Shown: positions 29,769 to 41,584 of the stretch, one piece after another
Layout: each line of letters begins with the position of its first letter
Numbering within the stretch: position 1 is the first letter of the stretch
Origin: Myxococcales bacterium
GTDB lineage: Bacteria > Myxococcota_A > UBA9042
Assembly (NCBI GenBank): GCA_037441385.1
Contig: JBBISH010000043.1
Span: forward strand, 1-44,514
DNA: 44,514 nucleotides
Direction of reading: 5' to 3'
Position numbers and translations under genes: made by a program
The notes under the pieces: generated by a model
What the model saw: the letters and a program-made list of their open reading frames with translations, nothing else
Told to the model about the DNA's origin: nothing
Database searches by the model: none

Positions 29769-31247
29769 TCAGGGCGCCTTGGTCCCGCCCAGCACGCGGC
29801 CCACGCGAGCCAGGAGCCAGCTGCGCAGGGCGAGCACTTCTTCGCGGCGCACACACAGCCACGCCCACAGCAGCAGACCCAGCACAGCGCCCAGGCCGCG
29901 CAACACCGCGGGCGCATGGGACAACATCGCCGTGCCGACCACCAGTATAGCGCTGGCGGCAAGCAGGCCAAAGTTGGAGCGGCCGATCCGCACACCAAAG
30001 AGGCGCCAATTGATGACAAAATAACCAATACACATCAGTACTTGATTGACAGCGAACCCGACGCTCGGCCCCACGCCGCCCATCTGCCGCGTCGCGATCT
30101 CGACGCCTGCCACCCAGGTTGCGCCAAAGAATAGGTCCAGCGCCACGTGCTGCCACACCCGGCCAGCGGCCAGCAGGGTCATGCCCGTAGCCCACGCCAC
30201 CACCTTGAACAAGTCGCCCACCAACTGAATCTGCAGCAGGTCGGCGGCACCGGTGAATTCACGCGAAAACAGAACCAGGATCAACACTTCGCGCAGCGTC
30301 AGCAGGGCCACGATGATGGGCGTGATCACCAGGAGCACGCTGCGCAGGGTCTGGTTCACTTCTTGCTGCAGTTGGCCCGGCTGCTGCGCCGCCGTGCGGT
30401 ACGCCGGGAAGCTGTAGGCCGACATCGCGCCCAGCACGATGCCCAGGTACTGCAGCGTCAGCGAATGGGCGACCTGCCATAGCCCCGCCTGCTCCAAGCC
30501 CAGCACCGTGATGATTCGCTTGCGCAAAAGCAGGCTGAGCAAGCTAGCGGCACCGCCAGTGATCAAGAACGCGCTGCCAAACTGCCGCAGCGTCTTGCCT
30601 TCGTGGGCGTGCGCCTCTTCGGGCTGGTCCGCGGGCGCCGGCAGGGGCAGCTGCCGCCACACCCAGGCCGTGCCCAGCAGCGAGCTCAGCTGCACCACGG
30701 CCAGGCTCCACACAGCCCCCGACAAGCCGAACACCAGCACCAGCGGGATCACCAGCGCCGTGGCCAGCAACGACTCGATGATCTTGGAGCGGGCGATCAG
30801 CCCAAAAGCCTTGGCACCGTTGAGGATCGACTGGCGCGGTCGCACCCACAGCTGCAGCACCAGCGCCGCCGTGGCCCCGGCGCCCGCCACCACCGTCCCA
30901 TCGTGGCCCGTCACGGCCGGCATCAGCCACGGACTCGCCGCCGCCAGGCCCAGCAGCGCGACGGAAACCGGCGGAACGATGGCGGTGCGCACCACGCGCA
31001 GCAGACGCTCGATGCCGGCCCGACTGTTGCGCGCCCAGGCGTCGGCGGCCAGCGCCACCATCCCCTGCTCCGAGCCGAGCAGCACGTAAGTGGCCAGCAG
31101 CGTTTGCCAATCCGCCAGCTGGGCCAACACGGCCATGCCGCCTTTGCCCACGTACAGCGCCACGATCTTGACGCGCACGATCGACACCAGCAGGTTGATC
31201 ACGGTGACGCTGCCCAGCAGCATCGTCACCCGCAGGAACTGGCTCAT
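29769..31247 (-). CDS. wzx: Wzx-type oligosaccharide flippase (WzxE-like)
   Basis: About 12-14 TMs; RVKIVALYVG, AGLWQ, GDLFKVVAW. Confidence 0.85.
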   Translation of the reverse strand: MSQFLRVTMLLGSVTVINLLVSIVRVKIVALYVGKGGMAVLAQLADWQTLLATYVLLGSEQGMVALAADAWARNSRAGIERLLRVVRTAIVPPVSVALLGLAAASPWLMPAVTGHDGTVVAGAGATAALVLQLWVRPRQSILNGAKAFGLIARSKIIESLLATALVIPLVLVFGLSGAVWSLAVVQLSSLLGTAWVWRQLPLPAPADQPEEAHAHEGKTLRQFGSAFLITGGAASLLSLLLRKRIITVLGLEQAGLWQVAHSLTLQYLGIVLGAMSAYSFPAYRTAAQQPGQLQQEVNQTLRSVLLVITPIIVALLTLREVLILVLFSREFTGAADLLQIQLVGDLFKVVAWATGMTLLAAGRVWQHVALDLFFGATWVAGVEIATRQMGGVGPSVGFAVNQVLMCIGYFVINWRLFGVRIGRSNFGLLAASAILVVGTAMLSHAPAVLRGLGAVLGLLLWAWLCVRREEVLALRSWLLARVGRVLGGTKAP

Positions 31248-31253
31248 GAACGC

Positions 31254-32360
31254 CTATACGGTGGGCGAGGCCAGGAAGGCGCGCACCGCCGCGGCGACCT
31301 CGTCGATTTGGTCGGCTGTGTGGTGCGGGCTCATCGGCAGGCTCAGGCAGGTGTCCGCCCAAGCGTCGGCAAGGGGCAGCTGCAGGTGCGCGTGGGTCGC
31401 GGCGTAGGCCTTGGCGCGGTGCGGGGGGATCGGATAGTGGATCTGCGTACCGATGCCGCGCGCGGCCAAGAACCGCGCCAGTTCGTCGCGCTTGGGCGTG
31501 CGGACTACAAAGAGGTGCCACACCGGCACGGTTCCCTCAGGCGTAGAGGGCAGTTGCAGCCCCGGGCAGTCGGCCAGCGCGGCCAGGTAGCGGGCAGCGT
31601 GGTCGGCGCGCACCAGGTTGTCTTCGGCCAGGTGTGCCAAGCGAACCCGCAACAGCGCCGCTTGCAGTTCGTCCAGCCGGCTGTTGAACCCCGCCAGATC
31701 GTGGTGGTACTTGACCGACGACCCGTAGTTGCGCAGCTTGCGCAAAGTCGCGGCCAGGGCGTCGTCGCTGGTGGTGATCGCGCCGCCGTCGCCAAAAGCG
31801 CCCAGGTTTTTGCCGGGATACATGGACCATGCGGCGGCGTCGGCCAGGTTGCCGCACGGCCGGTCGTGGTAGCGGGCGCCGTGGGCTTGCGCGGCGTCTT
31901 CCAGGACGCGCAGACCATGCCGGCGGGCTACGGCCAAGATCTCGTCCATGTCGGCTGGCTGACCGTACAGGTGGACCGGCAAAATCGCCCGCGTGCGCGG
32001 CGTGATGGCCGCCTCGATGCGCGCCGGGTCCAGTAGACAGTTCTCGTCCACTTCCACCGCGACCGGCGTGGCCCCGCACCAACTGACCGCGAGCCAGGTC
32101 GCCACAAAAGTCTGCGACGGCACGATGACTTCGTCGCCCGGCCCGATGTCCCACGCCCGCAGCACCAGGTGCAGGGCGTCCAGGCCGTTGGCCACGCCCA
32201 CGCAGTGCTTGGCCCCGACAAAGGCGGCAAATTCCTGTTCAAAGGCCGCCAGTTCGTCGCCGGCAATGAACCAACCGCGGCGCGTCACGCGTTGCCAAGC
32301 GCGGTCGAATTCGCCTTGGCGGGCCGCAAAGGCTTGGGCAAGGTCCAAAAAGGGGATCAT
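31254..32360 (-). CDS. fdtB: dTDP-3-keto-6-deoxyhexose aminotransferase (FdtB/QdtB-like)
   Basis: [47 protein letters not shown] (PLP Lys), [10 protein letters not shown]. Confidence 0.85.
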   Translation of the reverse strand: MIPFLDLAQAFAARQGEFDRAWQRVTRRGWFIAGDELAAFEQEFAAFVGAKHCVGVANGLDALHLVLRAWDIGPGDEVIVPSQTFVATWLAVSWCGATPVAVEVDENCLLDPARIEAAITPRTRAILPVHLYGQPADMDEILAVARRHGLRVLEDAAQAHGARYHDRPCGNLADAAAWSMYPGKNLGAFGDGGAITTSDDALAATLRKLRNYGSSVKYHHDLAGFNSRLDELQAALLRVRLAHLAEDNLVRADHAARYLAALADCPGLQLPSTPEGTVPVWHLFVVRTPKRDELARFLAARGIGTQIHYPIPPHRAKAYAATHAHLQLPLADAWADTCLSLPMSPHHTADQIDEVAAAVRAFLASPTV

Positions 32361-32791
32361 GGTTGCCCCACTTGGCGCTGAGCGCGCGCGGCCTCCAGGT
32401 AGGCATCCAGCTCGCGGAAGTAGTCGCTCTCGCGGTAGATGTCGGACGCGAGCACCAGCAGCACGGCGCCGGGCGTCGCCGCCTCGACCTGCCGCCAGAC
32501 CATCGGGCCCAGATACAGGCCGTGGCGCGGGTCGTCCAGGGTGACGGTTCGCTCGCCCAGGTCGTCGCGGAGCTGAACTTGGATGGTGCCGTGGACGGCC
32601 AGGTAGACCTGCTGCAGCTCGCGGTGGGCGTGGCGTGCGCGGATCAGCCCCGGCTGCAAGTTCCACAGGTAGTACACGCGGGCGATCGCAAAGGGCAAAT
32701 CGCGACCGCCCTCGGCAAAGGCAAGGCCCACCCCGGCGTCGCTGACCGCGCGGAAGGTGATGGGCCGGCAGCTGTCGATGCCCCAACTCAC
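32357..32791 (-). CDS. fdtA: dTDP-4-keto-6-deoxyglucose 3,4-ketoisomerase (FdtA/QdtA cupin)
   Basis: [49 protein letters not shown] start overlaps the rmlB stop. Confidence 0.88.
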   Translation of the reverse strand: MSWGIDSCRPITFRAVSDAGVGLAFAEGGRDLPFAIARVYYLWNLQPGLIRARHAHRELQQVYLAVHGTIQVQLRDDLGERTVTLDDPRHGLYLGPMVWRQVEAATPGAVLLVLASDIYRESDYFRELDAYLEAARAQRQVGQP

Positions 32792-33891
32792 GCGGCACCT
32801 CCCGTTGCGCCTGACGCCACTTGCAGACCCAGCCGTCCGGGCTCGATCAGCCCTTCGCTGCGGAACTTCTGAATGTACCATTGGATCGTCGTCAGCAACC
32901 CGGCCTCGAACGGCGAGGACGGCTGCCATCCCAACGCGGCCAGCTTGCTGGCGTCGATGGCGTAGCGGCGATCGTGGCCGGGCCGGTCGGTGACAAAAGT
33001 GATCAGCCCCAGCAGGTCGCCGGCCGGCACATCCAGCGCTTGCGCGGTCAAGCGGGCGAGCGAGCGCACCAGTTCCAGGTTGCTCCACTCGTTGTTGCCG
33101 CCCACGTTGTAGGTCTCGGCCTGGCCGCCGTGCTGGACGATGTGCCACAACGCGTCGCAGTGGTCTTGGACATAGAGCCAATCGCGGACATTGTCGCCCT
33201 TGCCGTAGACCGGAATCGGCTGGCGCTGCAAGCACTTGCGCACAACCGTAGGGATCAGCTTCTCGGCATGTTGCCGCGGCCCATAGTTGTTGCTGCAGTT
33301 CGACAGCGTCACCGGCAGCGCGTAGGTACGCCCCCAAGCCCGCACCAAGTGATCGCTCCCCGCCTTGCTGGCCGAGTAGGGCGACGACGGCTGGTAGGGC
33401 GTGGTCTCGGTAAAGCCGGGCTCGTGCAAGTCCAGGTCGCCGTAGACTTCGTCGGTCGAGACGTGGTGGAAGCGGACCGTCTGCCCCTCTTGCGCCAGGG
33501 TCTTGGCCAAGCCCTCGACCAGCCACACCGTGCGCGCCGCGTCGAGCATCGCGTAAGTGCCCACCACATTGGTCTGGACAAAAGCGGCCGGGCCATCGAT
33601 CGACCGGTCGACGTGCGACTCGGCCGCCAAGTGCAGCACCGTGTCGATGCGGTGCTCGCGGAGCAGCCGGGCGACCAACGCCCCATCGCAGATGTCGCCT
33701 TGCACAAAGGTGTGGCGCGCACTTGGCGCACCGACCAGATTGTCCAGCGTGCCCGCATAGGTCAGCTTGTCCAGCGAGACGACGTGAACGCGCGGGTCCA
33801 GTTCCAGCAGGCGGTGCACCAAGTTTGAGCCAATGAAGCCGGCGGCGCCCGAGATCAGGATCGAGCGCGGCGAGTGAACGACAGCGGGCAT
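32788..33891 (-). CDS. rmlB: dTDP-glucose 4,6-dehydratase
   Basis: [56 protein letters not shown]. Start is ATG 33891 or TTG 33900. Confidence 0.96.
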   Translation of the reverse strand: MPAVVHSPRSILISGAAGFIGSNLVHRLLELDPRVHVVSLDKLTYAGTLDNLVGAPSARHTFVQGDICDGALVARLLREHRIDTVLHLAAESHVDRSIDGPAAFVQTNVVGTYAMLDAARTVWLVEGLAKTLAQEGQTVRFHHVSTDEVYGDLDLHEPGFTETTPYQPSSPYSASKAGSDHLVRAWGRTYALPVTLSNCSNNYGPRQHAEKLIPTVVRKCLQRQPIPVYGKGDNVRDWLYVQDHCDALWHIVQHGGQAETYNVGGNNEWSNLELVRSLARLTAQALDVPAGDLLGLITFVTDRPGHDRRYAIDASKLAALGWQPSSPFEAGLLTTIQWYIQKFRSEGLIEPGRLGLQVASGATGGAA

Positions 33892-34044
33892 GATGGACAA
33901 CTCGCCCTACGGCTGGCGGACGGCCCTCGCCCTCGTTCGAGTTCAAGGTCGGCCCGGATCGGCTGAGCGCGGTGTGACCCGGGAGCGCGTCTCAGCGCCT
34001 AGACTCTGCCTGTGACCCGGCCCCTGCGTCAAGCGCCCCGGCAA

Positions 34045-35190
34045 CTACCGATAGTAGTGGCAGGTATAGCCGCCTGGGTTCTTCTCCAGGTAATCCTGGT
34101 GGTCCTCTTCGGCCGGCGTGAAGGTGCTGGCCGGGACGATCTCGGTGACCACTCTGCGCGGCCATTTGCCGCTCTTGTCGATGCGGGCCTTGACCGCCTC
34201 GGCCGTCTGGCGCTGGGCATCGCTCGTGTAGAAGATGGCGGAGCGGTACTGCGAGCCCACGTCGTTGCCCTGGCGGTTGGGCGTGGTGGGGTCGTGCATG
34301 CGGAAGTAGTGTTTTTCGAGCAGGTCCGCATAGCTGAGCTGGCTGGGGTCAAAGACCACCTTGACGGCCTCGGCGTGGCCGGTGTTGCCGCCATGGACCT
34401 GCTCGTAGTTGGGATTGCGTGTCGTTCCACCGGTGTAGCCGACCTCGGTCTCGACCACGCCCGGGATCTTGCGAATCAGGTCCTGCATACCCCAAAAGCA
34501 GCCGCCCGCCAGGTAGGCGACTTCTAGCGTCGCGGCGCAGCCGGCTTTCTGGCCTTCTTTGGGCGTGGTGCACGAGTTGTCCTGGCTGGCTTGCGGCGCG
34601 GCGCCGCCCTTGACGCCAAAGCGCGCGGCGTACTGGCCATAGCCTTCGGCGGCCAGCCGGTCAGCGGGGATGAACAGCAGCGACGCGGAGTTGATGCAGT
34701 AGCGCAGGCCGGTGGGCGCCGGCCCATCGTCAAAGACGTGGCCCAAGTGCGACGCGCCCACGCGCGACACCACCTCGACGCGGACCATGCCGTGGCTGCG
34801 GTCTTCGCGGGCCTGCACCGCGCCGTCGTCCACCATGCGCACAAAGCTGGGCCAGCCGGTGCCCGAGTCGAACTTGTCGCGCGACGAGAACAGCGGCTCG
34901 CCCGTCGCCACATCCACGTACAGGCCGTCGCGGTGCTCGTTCCAGTAGGCGCCCGAGAAGGGCGGCTCGGTGGCCGCCTCTTGAGTCACGCGGTACTGCA
35001 ACGGTGTCAGGCGCCTTTTGAGCTCGGCCTGACTCGGCTTGGTGTAGGTCGTCCTGCCCGGTCCTGAATCTGCGTACGCCACCGCCACTCCTCCAGCCCC
35101 CAGCAGGGCCGACGCTGTCGATTGTTTGCTGCAGCCCACCACGGCCAGCAGCGCTGCCATGCCCACTGCGATGCGCATCCACCCGCCCAT
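34045..35190 (-). CDS. msrAB: Bifunctional methionine sulfoxide reductase, MsrB-MsrA order, lipoprotein
   Basis: Lipobox LAVVGC; MsrB motifs [23 protein letters not shown]; MsrA motifs [19 protein letters not shown]. Confidence 0.93.
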   Translation of the reverse strand: MGGWMRIAVGMAALLAVVGCSKQSTASALLGAGGVAVAYADSGPGRTTYTKPSQAELKRRLTPLQYRVTQEAATEPPFSGAYWNEHRDGLYVDVATGEPLFSSRDKFDSGTGWPSFVRMVDDGAVQAREDRSHGMVRVEVVSRVGASHLGHVFDDGPAPTGLRYCINSASLLFIPADRLAAEGYGQYAARFGVKGGAAPQASQDNSCTTPKEGQKAGCAATLEVAYLAGGCFWGMQDLIRKIPGVVETEVGYTGGTTRNPNYEQVHGGNTGHAEAVKVVFDPSQLSYADLLEKHYFRMHDPTTPNRQGNDVGSQYRSAIFYTSDAQRQTAEAVKARIDKSGKWPRRVVTEIVPASTFTPAEEDHQDYLEKNPGGYTCHYYR

Positions 35191-35272
35191 TGCCGCACCC
35201 CTTTGCAGCCCCGCGGGCTGCTTGGATCACAAAAACGCCTTGCCCGCGCGTCGTGCAAGTCGCAGCGTCGCA

Positions 35273-35288
35273 AGCTAGGTTCATGCCA
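35273..35288 (-). promoter_or_regulatory. Possible sigma54 promoter for msrAB
   Basis: Minus strand TGGCATG-AACC-TAGCT, i.e. GG-N10-GC. Confidence 0.4.
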
Positions 35289-35316
35289 AACGTTTTTTGG
35301 ACGCGGCTATTCCTTG

Positions 35317-35353
35317 ATTCAAGCAATCTATCGCAACTAGAAATACAATCGAT
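35317..35353. promoter_or_regulatory. OxyR/LysR-like operator
   Basis: ATTC-N7-CTAT-N7-AGAA-N7-CGAT within an AT-rich island; spacing matches ATAG-N7-CTAT-N7-ATAG-N7-CTAT. Confidence 0.4.
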
Positions 35354-35424
35354 TGGACCAATGCTCGCGATGTCCCTAGCCTGAGCGTACCGCCGGCAAG
35401 CAAGCTCGGCGCCAAGGAGCCCCG

Positions 35425-35895
35425 ATGAGCACCACCCAGAGCCCGACCGTCGCCAACCTGCAGGCCGCCTTTGCCGGCGAGAGCATGGCCCACATCAAGT
35501 ACTTGCACTTTGCCAAGATCGCCCGCGCGCACGGCGACTTGGAGACGGCGGCCCTGTTCGAGGAGACGGCCCGCCAAGAAGTGCAGCACGCGCTGGGCCA
35601 CGCCGAGCTGCTGTTCCCGCCGGCCAACCTGAACCCGCACAAGGCGCTGCAGCTGGCCATCGACGGCGAGACCCACGAGTACACCGAGATGTACCCGGCC
35701 TTTCTCCACGCGGCCCTGCAGGAGGGCAATGCCCAAGCAGCGGGCGAATTCGCCGAGCAGATCGCCGAGTCGCAGCAGCACGCTGCCGAGTTCGCGGCGC
35801 TTTTGGCCAAGGCCGCCAAGCGGTTCGCCGCCCTGGCCAAGGTGGAAGAGCGCCACGCGCAGCAGTATCAGCGGCGGCTCCAGGCGGCGGGTTAG
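35425..35895 (+). CDS. Rubrerythrin (short, no rubredoxin domain)
   Basis: TVANLQAAFAGESMAHIKY, EVQHA, GETHEYTEMYP, ESQQHA, VEERHA. Confidence 0.92.
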   Translation: MSTTQSPTVANLQAAFAGESMAHIKYLHFAKIARAHGDLETAALFEETARQEVQHALGHAELLFPPANLNPHKALQLAIDGETHEYTEMYPAFLHAALQEGNAQAAGEFAEQIAESQQHAAEFAALLAKAAKRFAALAKVEERHAQQYQRRLQAAG

Positions 35896-35944
35896 ATCCT
35901 ACCAGGCCAGCAAACAAGGACTGCGACAAACTTGAGGAGGAATC

Positions 35945-36109
35945 ATGCGGACTTGCATCGTGTGCGGCTTTGAGTACGACGAGGCCAAGGGCCTGCCCGA
36001 GGACGGGATCGCCCCCGGCACCCGCTTTGAAGATATCCCGGACGACTGGTGCTGCCCCGATTGCGGCGTGGCCAAGGCCGACTTCGAGTTCGTGGCCAAA
36101 GACCACTGA
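35945..36109 (+). CDS. Rubredoxin (54 aa)
   Basis: Below the ORF-track cut-off. [64 protein letters not shown]. Confidence 0.96.
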   Translation: MRTCIVCGFEYDEAKGLPEDGIAPGTRFEDIPDDWCCPDCGVAKADFEFVAKDH

Positions 36110-36219
36110 TCGTCGCCGGGTGCGCCAGCCAACGCCGGGTTTTGCTTGACCGGCACGGCGGCGATCCAGGATACTACTGCGCCCCCCACGCCGGCACCCT
36201 GCCGGCAGGGGCCCAGCTC

Positions 36220-37140
36220 ATGGCGCAATCCACCCATACCACGGCAATGACCAAGCAAGCCAAGCGGTTGGCTGCGGTCTTGGCGTGCGCGGCGGCGAGC
36301 GTGCTGCTGGCGGCCTGTGGCCCCGAAGTGGCCCAGCCGATCGGCTCGGAAGCCGAGACGTTGTACCAAGAGGGCATGGAGCACTTGGCGGGCGGCTCGA
36401 TCCTGGAAGCCGAGCAGGAGCTGCAAAAGCTCGTCAAGATGCCGAGCTACGTGCAGCTGACTGCGCTGGCGCGGCTTCGCTTGGCCGACGCGCTCTATCA
36501 GTCGCGGAAGTACGACGAGGCGATCGAGGCCTACCACTCGTTCGTTCGGCGCCACGAGGGCAACGAAAATGTGCCCTACGCCATGTTCATGATCGCCAAG
36601 TCGCACTACGAGCTGGCGCCCAGCGAATTGTGGATCCTGCCGCCGGTCTACGAGCTGGACCTGAGCCCGGTGCAGCATGCGCGAGTGGAACTCGAAAAGT
36701 TCGTGCGGACTTACCCGCGCTCGCGGTTCACGACCGAGGCGTTGGCGCTGCGCGACCGCTGCATCAACCTGCAGTACGCCCACGCCCGCTATGTAGTGAA
36801 TTTTTACGCCGAACGCAGCAAGTGGATTGGCGTAGTGTACCGGCTGCACCAGGCGATGCAGGCCTTCCCCGATCGCGCCCACACGCTGGACCACTACGAG
36901 CTGTTGGCCAAGGCCTACGAAAAGCTGGCGTGGCGGCAGCGCGCCGTAGAGATGTGGCAGGCGATGGCCCAGCGCTGGCCGCAGAGCTCGGCCGCGGCAA
37001 AGGCGCCCGACGAGATCAAACGGATTCAAGCGGACATCGAGGCCGCTGCCAAGATGGGGACGCCCGGCGGCATGCCGGCCGACCCGCCGCCCACCGCGGC
37101 GATCAAACCCGAGACGATGGGGCAAGGCGACGGCGCCTAG
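36220..37140 (+). CDS. bamD: Outer-membrane assembly lipoprotein BamD
   Basis: Lipobox LAAC; TPR pattern AETLYQEG, ARLRLADALY, YHSFVRRH, VPYAMF, FVRTYPRS, VVNFY. Alternative start 36247. Confidence 0.8.
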   Translation: MAQSTHTTAMTKQAKRLAAVLACAAASVLLAACGPEVAQPIGSEAETLYQEGMEHLAGGSILEAEQELQKLVKMPSYVQLTALARLRLADALYQSRKYDEAIEAYHSFVRRHEGNENVPYAMFMIAKSHYELAPSELWILPPVYELDLSPVQHARVELEKFVRTYPRSRFTTEALALRDRCINLQYAHARYVVNFYAERSKWIGVVYRLHQAMQAFPDRAHTLDHYELLAKAYEKLAWRQRAVEMWQAMAQRWPQSSAAAKAPDEIKRIQADIEAAAKMGTPGGMPADPPPTAAIKPETMGQGDGA

Positions 37141-37251
37141 TCCCACGGCTCGCAAGTGGGCGGATTCGATCGTCGAGTCCGCCGAACCCCGGAGCGCGCA
37201 CACAGCGCCTCCACCCGGACGTCGGCCCCGCGCCGGCGATGCGAGGAAGTG

Positions 37252-37635
37252 ATGAGCAACAAGGTCGAGAAGGTCATCGGACGCAACAGCAAGAAGGGCA
37301 CCAAGCAGGTCAACCCCGCTACACCCAAGCAGAAGATGCTGAAGCAGTTCGGCAGCAAGGACGCCCTGGTCGACGCCATCCTGGGCATGTACGACGCCCC
37401 CGAAGGCAGCAAGGGCAAGTTGAAGCAGGTCTCGAACAGCAAGCTGATGACCCACCACCACAACACCAAGCGCATGGTCGCGCAGTTCGGCACCCGCCAG
37501 GGCGTCATCGACGCGATCCTGGCCGCCAAGTATCCCAAAGGCAACGCGCCCGAGGGCGAGAAGGCCAAGCTGCTGGCCGCGCCGCCGTGGCGCCTGATGG
37601 ACCTGCACCGCCAGGTGACCGGCACCGTCAAGTAG
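37252..37635 (+). CDS. Small basic hypothetical protein with internal duplication
   Basis: GAGG RBS, GC3-rich codons; QFGSKDALVDAIL / QFGTRQGVIDAIL. Confidence 0.8.
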   Translation: MSNKVEKVIGRNSKKGTKQVNPATPKQKMLKQFGSKDALVDAILGMYDAPEGSKGKLKQVSNSKLMTHHHNTKRMVAQFGTRQGVIDAILAAKYPKGNAPEGEKAKLLAAPPWRLMDLHRQVTGTVK

Positions 37636-37696
37636 CGAGCGCCTTTTTGGTAGCGAGCACCGTCCATCCAGCAACTCGAGCCGCACGAGGGTCGCC

Positions 37697-38749
37697 ATGA
37701 AGTACACGATCAACAGCCAAAACAAGATGTTGAAGTGGGTTCTGGCGGCCCTCGCCTGCGGTTGGGTCGTCGCCGCGTGCTCCAGCAGCGACACGAACAA
37801 CGGCGGCCCGGTGTACTACGATGTCGCCGGGGAGCCCGACGCGAGCGGCGAGGTCAGCGGGGGCGACGCCAGCAAGGCCGACGGCACCACCGCCGACGCC
37901 GGCCAAGACAGCACCCTGAACGACACCTCCACGGCCCAGGACAGTGTCGCCGATAGCAGCCCGGTCGACGACGTCGACTGGTCCGAGCTGCTCGACCCCG
38001 AAGACTCCGGCGCCACCAGCGACACCGGCGTGGAGCCCACCGGCCCGGTCGGCCAATTGTACGCCCACACCGCCACCGAGCTGTACCGCCTGGACTTGGC
38101 CGACAAGAAGTTCACGCTGGTCGGCATCTTCACCTTTGACAAGAACAAGGACGACATCACCGACATGGCCCTGGACCAGGGCGGCGCCATGTACGTCTGT
38201 GGTCACAAAGACCTTTTCCAGTGCGACGTCAACACCGCCAAGTGCAAGTGGCTGGTCGCGCTGGGCCAAGAGTTCAACGGCATGACGTTCGTGCCCAAAG
38301 GCACCGTGAGCGCCACCGAAGAGACGCTGATCGGCATCGCGCAGTCCGGCGACTGGACCAAGATCACCATCAGCGGCGGCAAGGTCACGCTGAAGATCCT
38401 GGGCAGCTACGGCGGCAGCTGGCTGAGCTCGGGCGACGCATTTTCGGTCGAGGGCATCGGCACCTACGCGACCCTCAAGAAGACGACCAGCACCACCGAC
38501 ACGCTGGCGAGCATCGACCCCAAGACCGGCAAGATCCTCAAGATCATCGGCGACTGCGGCGTGGCCAAGCTGTTCGGCTTCGCGTGGTGGTCGGGCGTGT
38601 TCTACGGCTTTGCCGCCGACGGCAACGTCTATACGCTGGACGTGAACACCGGCAAGGCCACCCTGGTCGCTGGCATCGCCACCCCCAAGGGCGCCAAGTG
38701 GTGGGGCGCGGGCGTGTCGACGCGGGCGGCGGGGAAGATCATTCCTTAG
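37697..38749 (+). CDS. Lipoprotein with acidic linker and beta-propeller-like domain
   Basis: Lipobox VAAC; D/T/A-rich linker; blade-like repeats (ITDMALD, LASIDPKTG, YTLDVNTG). Confidence 0.8.
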   Translation: MKYTINSQNKMLKWVLAALACGWVVAACSSSDTNNGGPVYYDVAGEPDASGEVSGGDASKADGTTADAGQDSTLNDTSTAQDSVADSSPVDDVDWSELLDPEDSGATSDTGVEPTGPVGQLYAHTATELYRLDLADKKFTLVGIFTFDKNKDDITDMALDQGGAMYVCGHKDLFQCDVNTAKCKWLVALGQEFNGMTFVPKGTVSATEETLIGIAQSGDWTKITISGGKVTLKILGSYGGSWLSSGDAFSVEGIGTYATLKKTTSTTDTLASIDPKTGKILKIIGDCGVAKLFGFAWWSGVFYGFAADGNVYTLDVNTGKATLVAGIATPKGAKWWGAGVSTRAAGKIIP

Positions 38750-38895
38750 TTAATTCAGAACGTAGAAAATGGCCCCCTTCTTCCTGGGGCCGTTTGGGCC
38801 GGGGCGTGACAATCCCTGGACGCCGCCCCGTGGCCCGGCCGTGACGATCGGCATACACTTTCGCCGCGCGCCCGCTGGCGCCGCGAGAGACGATC

Positions 38896-40530
<1,635 letters not shown>

Positions 40531-40552
40531 CCCGCGGGCAGGGAGAAATACC

Positions 40553-41584
40553 ATGAAAGCACTAGTCAAAACCCAGCGAGCCCCCGGCCTGGAGATGCAG
40601 GACGTGCCGATCCCCAGTATCGGCCCCAACGACGTGCTGATCCGCATCCACAAGTCGGCCATCTGCGGCACCGACATGCACATCTGGAACTGGGACGCCT
40701 GGAGCCAGCGCACCATCCCGGTGCCGATGCACGTCGGCCACGAGTACGTGGGGGTCATCGAGAAGGTCGGCGACGAGGTCGAGGGCTACAAGGTCGGCGA
40801 CCGCGTGTCGGGCGAGGGCCACATCGTCTGCGGCCACTGCCGCAATTGCCGGGCCGGCAAGCGGCATTTGTGCCCCAACACCCAGGGCGTCGGCGTCAAC
40901 CGGCCCGGCTCGTTCGCCGAGTACCTGAGCCTGCCGGCCTTCAACCTGTTCAAGGTGCCCGACGGCATCTCGGACGAATTGGCCAGCATCTTCGACCCTT
41001 ACGGCAACGCCACCCACACTGCGCTGTCGTTCGACATGGTGGGCGAAGACGTGCTGATCACCGGCGCCGGCCCGATCGGCATCATGGCGGCGGCCATCAG
41101 CAAGTACGTGGGCGCGCGCAACGTGGTGATTACCGACGTGAACGCCTACCGCCTGGACCTGGCCAGGAAGATGGGCGCGACCCGCGCCGTGGACGTCTCG
41201 CGCGAAAAGCTGAGCGATGTCATGCACGAACTGGGCATGACCGAGGGCTTCGACGTGGGCTTGGAGATGAGCGGCAACGCCTCGGCCTTCCGCGACATGG
41301 TCAGCACCATGGCCAATGGCGGCCGCATCGCGCTGTTGGGCATCCTGCCCGACGACGCCGGCATCGACTGGAGCAAGGTCATCTTCAAAGGCTTGTTCCT
41401 CAAGGGCATCTACGGCCGCGAGATGTTCGAGACCTGGTACAAGATGGCGGCGATGATCCAGGGCGGCCTGAACATCGCGCCGATCATCACCCACCGCTTC
41501 CCGATCGACGATTTCCGCTTGGGGTTCGAGGCGATGGGCAGCGGCCAGTCGGGTAAGGTGATTTTGGATTGGGGGGTGAAGTAG
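40553..41584 (+). CDS. tdh: L-threonine 3-dehydrogenase
   Basis: [24 protein letters not shown]...[32 protein letters not shown]. Confidence 0.96.
   Translation: MKALVKTQRAPGLEMQDVPIPSIGPNDVLIRIHKSAICGTDMHIWNWDAWSQRTIPVPMHVGHEYVGVIEKVGDEVEGYKVGDRVSGEGHIVCGHCRNCRAGKRHLCPNTQGVGVNRPGSFAEYLSLPAFNLFKVPDGISDELASIFDPYGNATHTALSFDMVGEDVLITGAGPIGIMAAAISKYVGARNVVITDVNAYRLDLARKMGATRAVDVSREKLSDVMHELGMTEGFDVGLEMSGNASAFRDMVSTMANGGRIALLGILPDDAGIDWSKVIFKGLFLKGIYGREMFETWYKMAAMIQGGLNIAPIITHRFPIDDFRLGFEAMGSGQSGKVILDWGVK

Noticed and set aside
33960..34030. TGTGACCCGG duplicated and a weak hairpin between msrAB and rmlB
   Set aside because: Short GC-rich match with no further support.
40553..41584. tdh without adjacent kbl; also no rmlA, manB/manC or wzy in the glycan region
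   Set aside because: These genes are often elsewhere; cannot be judged from one window.
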